In this document: in pieces, positions 48,414 through 56,282 of the stretch
How the letters are laid out: every line of letters begins with the position of its first letter
Numbering within the stretch: position 1 is the stretch's first letter
Translations under genes and position numbers: made by a program
The notes under the pieces: generated by a model
Database searches by the model: none
Seen by the model: the letters and a program-made list of their open reading frames with translations, nothing else
Told to the model about the DNA's origin: nothing
Source of the DNA: an uncultured Acidobacteriota bacterium
GTDB taxonomy: Bacteria > Acidobacteriota > Thermoanaerobaculia > UBA5066
Assembly: GCA_963779415.1 (NCBI GenBank)
Contig: CAVZYA010000001.1
Span: forward strand, 2,080,001-2,144,000
Direction: 5' to 3'
Length of the DNA stretch: 64,000 nt

Positions 48414-49971
48414 AGTCGGGGGTCCAGTACTCCGCGAGCGGAAGGCGGAGGCCGCGGCAGAGGTAGATCGGGCGGTTCTCCTCGGCCATCCCCCACGGGT
48501 GGAAGTGCTCCCCGACCTTCTCGACCGAGCGGCAGTGATCTTCCACTCCCTGCCGGCTCCACTGCAGCCAGATGAGGTTCTCGGGCTCCGGCTTCGGCGG
48601 GCCCCAGAAGTAGTGGTTCTGATGGGCGCAGATGGGCGCCGGCAGGCCGAGCGCGGGCCCGAACAGGTTGAGTGCGCCGGCCTCCCCGTAGTTGCTCGCG
48701 AAGATGCCGGTCCGCGCGCGTTCTTCGGGAGGCAGCGACCAGTAGATCCGGGCCACGTCTTTGACCAGCTCCTCCCAACCGAACTGGTCCCCGAGGCGCT
48801 GATCCAGGGGGCCCTCATGCCTCACCTCGGTCTTCGGCGGCACGAGCCCGAGTCGCCTCTGGTAAGCGAGCAGCTTCTCCGGCGGCAGAATCGGCAGGAT
48901 CGCGGGGATCAGGATCCCGCCCGCCGCAAGGACGAGCGCCGCGAGGGCCATCTTCGGCCAGAGTCTGTCGCGGCTCCATTCGCGGCGTGTCAACCATCCT
49001 TCCACCGCCACGGCCCCGGAGGCGAAGAGCATCGGGTAGATGGGCGCCAGGTAGTAGTTCTTCGCTCGGAGGCCGATCATCAGCGCGAGAAGCACCAGAT
49101 ACGTCCAGCCGAGCAGGCGCAGCCGTGACCTTCGCCCGAAAAGGAAGGAAGCAAGCCCCACGAGCCAGATCGGAAAGAGGGCGGGGTGAAGAAGCAGGAC
49201 CTGCTGAGCAAGGAACTGTGACGGGCTCAGAACGACGTTCTTCCCCATTCGCCGCACGTTCTCGAGATCCTCGAGGGTTGGATAGCCGTGCCGGACCTGC
49301 CAGAGGAGGTTGGGAAGAAAGATCAGGAATGCGATTCCTCCGGCCATCCAGATCCAGGGCTTCCGCAGCTCGCGGCGCTCCGGGCTGAGCAGCAACGCCA
49401 CCACGACGGCGCCGCCGAAGAGGAGCGTGGAATGCTTGTTCTCGAGCCCGAGCCCCGCGAGGACGCCGAACCAGAGCCAGAGCCGGGAGTCGCCCGTCCG
49501 GACGATCCGGATCAGGAAGAAGACGCACCCCATCCAGAACAGAGCCTCGAAGCCGTTCATCGTGAGGATGCTGTCCATGCCGAGATAGATCGGCGCCGCG
49601 AGGACGCAGAGACCCGCGAGCGCCTGAGCGAAGCGCCCTCCTCCGAGCTCGCGCGCGAGAAGCATCGTCAGCAGGACGCGCGCGGCTCCGGCGAGCGCCG
49701 CGAGCGACCGCAGGACCGGCAGGGAGCCGCCGAGGAGGAGGGCGACCTTCGCGTAAAGAGCGATCAGGGGGGCGCAGTCGACGTAGCCCCAGTCGAGGTG
49801 GCGGCCACAGTCGAGGAAGTAGAGCTCGTCACGGAAGTAGCCGTACCGGCCGGCGGTCACGAGATGGACGAGAAGCTTCGCTCCCACGAGCAGCGCCGCG
49901 AGGCGAAGGTCGAGTGGTGCGACCTGCCACCCTTCGTCCGCGCGCGTCGCCGGCCCGGCTTCGTGCCGCAT
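48397..49971 (-). CDS. Glycosyltransferase family 39 (ArnT/PMT-like, GT-C) protein
   Basis: YGYFRDELYF...LDWGYVDCAPL, GLENKHS, PNLLWQ, NYGEAGAL; many TM helices. Confidence 0.85.
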   Translation of the reverse strand: MRHEAGPATRADEGWQVAPLDLRLAALLVGAKLLVHLVTAGRYGYFRDELYFLDCGRHLDWGYVDCAPLIALYAKVALLLGGSLPVLRSLAALAGAARVLLTMLLARELGGGRFAQALAGLCVLAAPIYLGMDSILTMNGFEALFWMGCVFFLIRIVRTGDSRLWLWFGVLAGLGLENKHSTLLFGGAVVVALLLSPERRELRKPWIWMAGGIAFLIFLPNLLWQVRHGYPTLEDLENVRRMGKNVVLSPSQFLAQQVLLLHPALFPIWLVGLASFLFGRRSRLRLLGWTYLVLLALMIGLRAKNYYLAPIYPMLFASGAVAVEGWLTRREWSRDRLWPKMALAALVLAAGGILIPAILPILPPEKLLAYQRRLGLVPPKTEVRHEGPLDQRLGDQFGWEELVKDVARIYWSLPPEERARTGIFASNYGEAGALNLFGPALGLPAPICAHQNHYFWGPPKPEPENLIWLQWSRQGVEDHCRSVEKVGEHFHPWGMAEENRPIYLCRGLRLPLAEYWTPDFKHWN

Positions 49972-50077
49972 GGGCGCCAAGAGTACGCCGTGCGAGGGGT
50001 CTCGCGCAGCGTCCGTTGACGGCGCTTCAGGAGCCGGCTTGCAGGAGAAGTGAAGCGGCTCGGCAGTCGACCCGCCG

Positions 50078-52387
50078 TCAACTACCCGTCGCGGACGCCA
50101 CCGGGAGATTCGCGGCCGCGGCGTCCTTTCCCCCGCCCTGGAGAACCGAGCGCAGGGTGGCGACGACGATCGGGACGACGCCGAAAACGAGGAACGTCGA
50201 ATCCGCGACGACCCGTAGCCACTCGAGCGTGTGGTAGGTGCCCGTCATGAGGTACGCCTGCCGGCGCGCATGCCAGTAGCCGTTCGCGAGCGAGTCCCAG
50301 AGCTGCAGGACACCGGCCGGGAAGAGATCGAGAAGGAGCATGAGCGCCAGCCCGACGTTGAGCCCCCAGAAGCCCGTTCTGACGAGGCGCTCCACCCGAG
50401 CCCATCGCTCCTCGCTCTGAAGGGCCCGGAGGCAGTAGACGACGACCGCGAGCGCCAGCATCCCGAAGACACCGAACATCGCGGCATGGCCGTGGTTGGC
50501 GGTCAGCGTCGTCCCGATCTCGAAATACGAGACGACGGGGAGGTTGATCAGAAAGCCGAAGATGCCGGCGCCGACGAAGTTCCAGACGCCGACCGCCATG
50601 AGGAAGTAGACGGCCCACTTCTGGGCCGCCGAGAGCGTCACGCCGCACGCCCCGCACGTCCGGTTCTTCAGCCGGATGAAGTCCCACGCGTCGAGCGTGA
50701 GGAGCGTCAAGGGAACGACCTCCATCGCGGAGAACGTCGCCGCGAAGCCCATGTTGAGCGTCCCCTGTCCCGTGAAGTACCAGTGGTGGCCCGTCCCGAT
50801 GATGCCCGCCCCGAGGTAGAGGATCGCGTCGAGGTAGACGACGCGCGTCGCCGTCTTCGCGCTCACGAGCCCCATCTGGAAGAACATCACCGCGACGAGG
50901 ACCGTCGCGAAGAGCTCGAAGAAGCCCTCGACCCAGAGATGGATGATCCAGAAGCGCCAGTTGTCGATCACCGCCGGGTTCGTATGCGGACCGTAGAAGA
51001 GCGCCGGGAGGTAGAAGAGAGGGATCGCGACCGCGATGTAGAGAAAGAGAGAGGCGAGGGTGCCCGTCGTCGGGTGCTTCATCGCCGGGCGGAGCGCCCG
51101 AAACATCAGGACGAGCCAGAGGACGAGGCCCGCCGCGAGGAGGAGCTGCCAGAAGCGGCCCAGGTCGAGGTACTCCGAGCCCTGGTGTCCGAACCAGAAC
51201 CAGAACTTCCCGAGCGCATTGCGCAGGCCGAGGAACTCGCCGAAGAGGCTTCCGAAGACGACGACCGCGAGCGCGCCGAGGAGGGCGAGGGCTCCTGCCT
51301 TCTGGCCCTTCGGGTCGCCCCCGCCGAGGAGCGGCGCGAGGAAGAGGCCGCCGGCGACCCACGCCGTCGCGATCCAGAAGATCGCGAGCTGCAGATGCCA
51401 CGTTCTCAGGAGCGTGTACGGCAGGACCGACGCGAGGTCGAACCCGTAGAACGACCCCGGCTCGACGCGGTAGTGCGCGAGGGCGCCGCCCGCGAGCGTC
51501 TGGAGGAGAAAGAGGATCGCCACGACAGCGAGGAACCAGCCCATGACCTTCTGGCTCGGCGTGAGAGCCATCGTCTTCGGCGCCTCGTGGCGGTGCTCCG
51601 TGCCCGCCTCCGCCCTCCAACCGAGGAAGTCGAACTTTCCGAAGAGGAAGAGGATCGTGCCGAGCCCGCCGAGAAGGGCGATGAGGGAGAGGCCGCTCCA
51701 GAGGTACGCGGCCGAGGTCGGGCGATTGCCGACGAGGGGCTCGTAGGGGAAGTTGTTGGTGTACGAATAGTCCTTCCCCGGGCGGTTCGTCACGGTCGCC
51801 CACGTCGCCCAAGAGAAGTACGCCGCGAGGGCATCGAGCTCCTTCGAGTCCCTGATGTAGTGGGCGGGGAGGCCGGGGGCGCCCGCCGGTCCGTCGAAGT
51901 AGGCGGCCCACTCTCTTCGGGCCGTTTCGAAGGCGGCGACGGCACCGCCCGAGAAGGTGATCGTCTTCGTCGCCGCGTCGAACGTGTTCCGGCGGAGGAT
52001 GCGCCGGGTCTCGTCGGCGACCGCGGCCTTGCGGCCCTCGTCGAGCTCTGCGTACGCGGACTGATGGCGCGACCGCGCAACCGTCTCTTGCGTGACCTCG
52101 GCGAGGCGGTGCAGCGTTTCGGCCGTGTAATCCGGCCCGAGATACGCGCCGTGGCCCCAGAGCGTGCCGTGCTCCATCAGGCCGTACTTGAGGAAGACCT
52201 CCTGCCCGGCGAGGATTTCGGGACCCGTGAAGACCGTGCGGCCGGACTCGTCGACGACCCGGTCCGGAATGGGAGGCGCGTTCCGGTACGTCTGCACCGT
52301 CACGACCGACAGTACCGAGAAACCGAAGATCATCGCGAGGATGGCGCCGTGCCGCCACCAGGGAGACAGCCTTCCGGAGTCGGGCAT
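50078..52387 (-). CDS. norB: Quinol-dependent nitric oxide reductase (qNor)
   Basis: GTLWGHGAYLGPD, RTWHLQLA, EYLDLGRFWQ, WIIHLWVEGFFE, GTGHHWY, SAMEVVPL, HGHAAMFG. Confidence 0.95.
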   Translation of the reverse strand: MPDSGRLSPWWRHGAILAMIFGFSVLSVVTVQTYRNAPPIPDRVVDESGRTVFTGPEILAGQEVFLKYGLMEHGTLWGHGAYLGPDYTAETLHRLAEVTQETVARSRHQSAYAELDEGRKAAVADETRRILRRNTFDAATKTITFSGGAVAAFETARREWAAYFDGPAGAPGLPAHYIRDSKELDALAAYFSWATWATVTNRPGKDYSYTNNFPYEPLVGNRPTSAAYLWSGLSLIALLGGLGTILFLFGKFDFLGWRAEAGTEHRHEAPKTMALTPSQKVMGWFLAVVAILFLLQTLAGGALAHYRVEPGSFYGFDLASVLPYTLLRTWHLQLAIFWIATAWVAGGLFLAPLLGGGDPKGQKAGALALLGALAVVVFGSLFGEFLGLRNALGKFWFWFGHQGSEYLDLGRFWQLLLAAGLVLWLVLMFRALRPAMKHPTTGTLASLFLYIAVAIPLFYLPALFYGPHTNPAVIDNWRFWIIHLWVEGFFELFATVLVAVMFFQMGLVSAKTATRVVYLDAILYLGAGIIGTGHHWYFTGQGTLNMGFAATFSAMEVVPLTLLTLDAWDFIRLKNRTCGACGVTLSAAQKWAVYFLMAVGVWNFVGAGIFGFLINLPVVSYFEIGTTLTANHGHAAMFGVFGMLALAVVVYCLRALQSEERWARVERLVRTGFWGLNVGLALMLLLDLFPAGVLQLWDSLANGYWHARRQAYLMTGTYHTLEWLRVVADSTFLVFGVVPIVVATLRSVLQGGGKDAAAANLPVASATGS

Positions 52388-52432
52388 CGGATCCCTCCGC
52401 CGGTGAGCGTACGCGGACGGATCGTCCCGCGG

Positions 52433-52448
52433 TATGACCGCCGTCATA
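52433..52448. promoter_or_regulatory. Palindromic Crp/Fnr-type operator TATGAC-N4-GTCATA between divergent norB and ric
   Basis: Perfect 6-bp inverted repeat (ATGA-N6-TCAT geometry) centred in the ~110-bp intergenic region next to a Crp/Fnr gene. Confidence 0.7.
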
Positions 52449-52497
52449 GGCCCTCGGCATGCGGTCGCCTATCGTCCTTCCCGACAGGAGAACGACC

Positions 52498-53217
52498 ATG
52501 GAATTCGAGGCCGGCACCATCGCAGCTCTCGCGATCGAAAACCCCCAGGCCATCCCGACTCTCGAGAGGCTCGGCATCGACTACTGCTGCGGTGGCTCGG
52601 CCACCGTCGAGGACGCCTGCCGGCGCGCGGGCGTCGACCCGTCGGAGCTCCGGACTTTCGTCGGAGCGCCGGGGCGACCCGAGGGCCGCAACTGGGAAAG
52701 GGAATCCCTCACGGCTCTCGTCGGCTTCATTCAGGAGACACACCACGCCTTCACGCGCGATGCGATCGCGGCAGTGTCGCCTCTCGCCGCGAAAGTGCTC
52801 GGCCGCCATGGCGAGAACCATCCGGAGACCCGGACGGTCGAGCAGCTCGTTCGTCGGCTCGGCGACGACCTCGGCCCTCACCTCCTCAAGGAAGAACGGA
52901 TTCTCTTCCCGTACATCGTTTCGCTCGAGGCGGCTGCGGCTTCCGGCCAACAACCCGACAGCTGCTTCGGGACGGTGCGGAACCCGATCCGGATGATGAT
53001 GGGCGAGCACGAGGCCGTGCGCGGGATTCTCGTCGAGCTGCGCGAGGTCACGGGCGGATACGCTCCGCCGGGCGACTCCTGCGCCTCGTTTCAGGCCCTC
53101 TACGCCGGCCTGAAGGAACTCGAGGCCGACCTTCACCGGCACATCCACCTCGAGAACAACATCCTGTTTCCACGAGCGCTCGCGCTCGAGGAAGGCCGGC
53201 CCGCCCGCGGCCAATGA
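52498..53217 (+). CDS. ric: Iron-sulfur cluster repair di-iron protein Ric/YtfE
   Basis: GIDYCCGG, ETHH, HLLKEERILFP, PIRMMMGEHE, HIHLENNILFP. RBS AGGAG. Confidence 0.95.
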   Translation: MEFEAGTIAALAIENPQAIPTLERLGIDYCCGGSATVEDACRRAGVDPSELRTFVGAPGRPEGRNWERESLTALVGFIQETHHAFTRDAIAAVSPLAAKVLGRHGENHPETRTVEQLVRRLGDDLGPHLLKEERILFPYIVSLEAAAASGQQPDSCFGTVRNPIRMMMGEHEAVRGILVELREVTGGYAPPGDSCASFQALYAGLKELEADLHRHIHLENNILFPRALALEEGRPARGQ

Positions 53218-53271
53218 CGAAAGGGGCCTGAGTCCCGCCGCTCGTTCCCCGGACCGTCTATCCTCGAGGCG

Positions 53272-53952
53272 GTGTCCTCGGCCCTTCCCCACTTCGACGC
53301 CGTCCCGCTCCTCCAGTGCCTCAACGCTCGCGAGAGGAAGCTGCTGGCCCCCATCTGCCGTGCGGTCGCGTACGAGAAGGGTGAGGAGATCTTTCGCGAA
53401 GGGGAGCCTGCGGCCGACCTTTGCTTCGTCGTGATCGGTCGCGTGAAGATCGTCAAGGCGGCGCCGGACCGCGACGTGATCCTGGGTCTCTTCGGCCCGG
53501 GAGAGCCCGTCGGGGCGGTGGCGGTCTTCGAGGGAAAGCGGTTCCCCGCTTCCGCCGTCGCGCTCGAGCCGTCCACGATCCTCCATTTCCCCGAGCGGGA
53601 GTTCTTCGCGACGATCGACGCCCATCCCGAGATGACCCGGCGGCTCCTGCAAGGCCTCATGCTCCGCCAGTTCGAGATCACCCGGCGCCTCGCCGATCTC
53701 ACCGGCCCGGTCGAGAAGCGGATCGCCAGCCTTCTTCTCATGCTGGCGACGCGCGTCGGAAAGCGCGAAGGCGCCGGGGCCACGATTCCGCTCGTCCTCT
53801 CGCGTCAGGAAATCGCGGACCTGACCGCGACGACGGTCGAGACGGCGATTCGCGTGATGAGCCGCTGGGGGAAGGAAAAGGTCGTGCTCACCGGTCCGGA
53901 CGGCTTCACGGTTCCGGACCTTCTCGCACTCAGGGTCCTCACGGAAGGTTGA
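53272..53952 (+). CDS. Crp/Fnr-family transcriptional regulator (likely NO-responsive)
   Basis: cNMP-binding fold (IFREGE, GRVKIVK, GPGE) and HTH LSRQEIADLTATTVETAIR. No N-terminal FNR Cys cluster. Confidence 0.9.
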   Translation: MSSALPHFDAVPLLQCLNARERKLLAPICRAVAYEKGEEIFREGEPAADLCFVVIGRVKIVKAAPDRDVILGLFGPGEPVGAVAVFEGKRFPASAVALEPSTILHFPEREFFATIDAHPEMTRRLLQGLMLRQFEITRRLADLTGPVEKRIASLLLMLATRVGKREGAGATIPLVLSRQEIADLTATTVETAIRVMSRWGKEKVVLTGPDGFTVPDLLALRVLTEG

Positions 53953-54111
53953 AGAACGTTTTCCTTCCTGGCGCGGTTCGCCCGCACGGCGCCCGTCATC
54001 GTGGCGCTGGAACTTCACGACCAGGAAGCGCCGTTGCCACCTTCGCAACCGCCGGTGGACCAAATGCAGATCCCGTCGTCCCGATGGAGGAGCTTCCCTC
54101 CGCGCGCGACC

Positions 54112-54939
54112 TTACTGTTTGACCAGCTCCACGCGCCGGTTCTTCGCCCGGCCGTCGTCGCTGTCGTTCGAGGCGACCGGAACGAGAGGACCCACGCCGT
54201 AGCTCTTCAGCCGCCCGGCGCCGATGCCATGCGTCGTGGTCAACGCCGTTACGACCGCCTCGGCCCGCGCCTGCGCCAGCTTCATGTTCGCGTCGACCGC
54301 TCCGACCGAATCGGTATGCCCGACGACCCAGAGCTTCAACGACGGATCGGCCGTGAGGAGCTTCGCCACTTCCAGGAGCGCGGGTGTCGACTCGGGCTTC
54401 AGGGCCGACTTGGCGGTGTCGAAGTAGATCCCGTAGACCGCCACGTGTCCCGTCGCCCGGATGTCATTCCCGAAGGAGGCCGCGTCCGCGACGACGTGCT
54501 GCGTCATCGCCTGCTTCTCGACGACCCGAAGCCAGATCGCGGAGTTCCCCTTCTCGGCCTCGACCCAGACTTCCTTCCCGTCGACGACGGCCGAGCCGGT
54601 CATCCACCTCTGCGGGTCCGACCCCTGGACCGCGCCACCGATCTTCTTCAGGGCGTTCTCGTAGTTCCGGACGACGGCGACGCCGGACTGGTCGTCTTTC
54701 CGGTCGTCAACCGTGTAGGTGATGAAGGTGAACTTCCCCTCCACCGTCTGCTTCTTTCCGTTGGCGACGCGGAACGCATAAGCGTCGAACTCCTTCACCT
54801 CGCATGCATGGATCCGGTAGTTCGGCATCCGCGTCGGGAAAAGCGAATGGTCGCTGCAGCCCGGCTTGTCGGGCTTCACCGCGAGGGCGGCCCCGGAGCC
54901 GAGAAGGAACACGAGGATGGCGAACCGGGCTTTCATCAT
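54112..54939 (-). CDS. OmpA-family peptidoglycan-binding protein
   Basis: Signal peptide, IYFDTAK, VVGHTDSVG, LAQARAEAV, AKNRRVELV. RBS AGGAG. Confidence 0.92.
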   Translation of the reverse strand: MMKARFAILVFLLGSGAALAVKPDKPGCSDHSLFPTRMPNYRIHACEVKEFDAYAFRVANGKKQTVEGKFTFITYTVDDRKDDQSGVAVVRNYENALKKIGGAVQGSDPQRWMTGSAVVDGKEVWVEAEKGNSAIWLRVVEKQAMTQHVVADAASFGNDIRATGHVAVYGIYFDTAKSALKPESTPALLEVAKLLTADPSLKLWVVGHTDSVGAVDANMKLAQARAEAVVTALTTTHGIGAGRLKSYGVGPLVPVASNDSDDGRAKNRRVELVKQ

Positions 54940-55127
54940 CGACTTTCTCCTGACTTTCATTCTGTTCGACATTCTGGCGCGTGGAACTCACCGCTCGCCT
55001 GACGCAACTGCATCACCGGATGCCATCGGATCCCTGCGGACCGTTCGAGACCGGCAGCGTTGATCTTCAATCCCAGGGGTAGACTCGAGATCGAAGCCGC
55101 GATCGCCGGTTCCGCGGAGGAGCCTCC

Positions 55128-55256
55128 ATGGATTTCGCTCCCGGCACCCGTCTCGGTCCGTACGGGCTCGTCTCGACCCCCGGCGCAAGAGAAATGGGCG
55201 AGATTCGGGAGCGGTCCCGGAAGCTGACCCGACAAAGGGCGGTGAAGCATGCCTGA
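55128..55256 (+). pseudogene. Decayed 5' fragment of a Ser/Thr kinase gene (42-codon ORF)
   Basis: MDFAPGTRLGPYGLVSTPGAREMGEIRERSRKLTRQRAVKHA aligns by eye to [42 protein letters not shown] of the kinase at 31379. RBS GGAGGAG. Confidence 0.75.
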
Positions 55257-56166
55257 ATTCCGAAAACTCGCGAAAGACGTCTACGTCTTTCTACAGCCGC
55301 CCCTAATCTGGTACAGCAGCGCCGGGGTCATCATCGGCGACCGCGACGTGATCGTGGTCGACAGTCTGGCCAATGCTGAGATGACCCGGAGCCTGCGGGC
55401 GGAAATCCGCCGGGTGACGGACAAGCCGATCCGCTTTCTGATCAATACCCATTCCCACGCGGATCACGTCTACACCAATCACCTCTTCCCGGAGGCCACG
55501 GTCATCAGCACACACCGGGGGCGCGAGAAGACGGAGGCCAACCAGAAGGTCCAGAGAGAGCATGATGCACTGCTCGCCCGACTCTTCTCCGATGTGGATT
55601 TGAGAGGCGGCCGCTACACTCCTCAGGACATCAGCTTCAGCGGCACTCTTTCCCTCCATCAGGGGAGGCGCGAGGTTCACGTGCTCGAACTCGGCGTCGG
55701 ACATTCCGAATCCGACGCGGTGGTGCATTTGCCTGCAGAACGGATCGTCTTCTGTGGCGACGTCTTCTTGAACGGCATGTCGCCACTGCCCGGGGAGGGG
55801 CACGTCACCCGGACCATCGCCAACTACAAGGCCATCGAGACCCTCGAAGCCGACATCTACGTGGCGGGACACGGCGATCCGGGAACCCTGGCGGACGTGC
55901 GCGCCCAGAGAACGATGCTGGAACGCCGGTTTCTGCACGCCAGGGACTGTTTCGAGCGGGGCATGAGCTACCAGGCGGCGCTGCAGGCCCTGGCCGTCGA
56001 CGGCACTCTGCTGGATTCCCAGAGATTGATCATCCTGGCCAGCTACTGCGAATTCACGGGCGAGCCGCCCCAACGCATCGACCCTGCCATTCAGAACCAC
56101 CTGACCATGCTGCAGGGCATCGCCACCGAAGCCAAACAGCGGCTCGGCAGGAGAGGGTCGAACTGA
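55249..56166 (+). CDS. MBL-fold metallo-hydrolase (cyclase-like)
   Basis: INTHSHADH (HxHxDH), GHSESD, FCGD, AGHG. Confidence 0.88.
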   Translation: MPEFRKLAKDVYVFLQPPLIWYSSAGVIIGDRDVIVVDSLANAEMTRSLRAEIRRVTDKPIRFLINTHSHADHVYTNHLFPEATVISTHRGREKTEANQKVQREHDALLARLFSDVDLRGGRYTPQDISFSGTLSLHQGRREVHVLELGVGHSESDAVVHLPAERIVFCGDVFLNGMSPLPGEGHVTRTIANYKAIETLEADIYVAGHGDPGTLADVRAQRTMLERRFLHARDCFERGMSYQAALQALAVDGTLLDSQRLIILASYCEFTGEPPQRIDPAIQNHLTMLQGIATEAKQRLGRRGSN

Positions 56167-56282
56167 CAGGCCGGCGTTTCCCTCGCTCCCATGCCTTGCC
56201 TTGGCAACTCGACTCGACTTCGAAATCGTTCCGGCGACTCCGGCTTTCGCGAAGGGGAAGAACAGCTCCGCGAACGGCAATC

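Noticed and set aside
50078-52387. Possible NO dismutase (Nod)
   Set aside because: The canonical qNor residues (HLWVEGFFE, GTGHH, quinol-site RTWH) are intact.
55249-56166. Metallo-beta-lactamase resistance gene
   Set aside because: No signal peptide, and it resembles cytoplasmic cyclase-like MBL-fold hydrolases.
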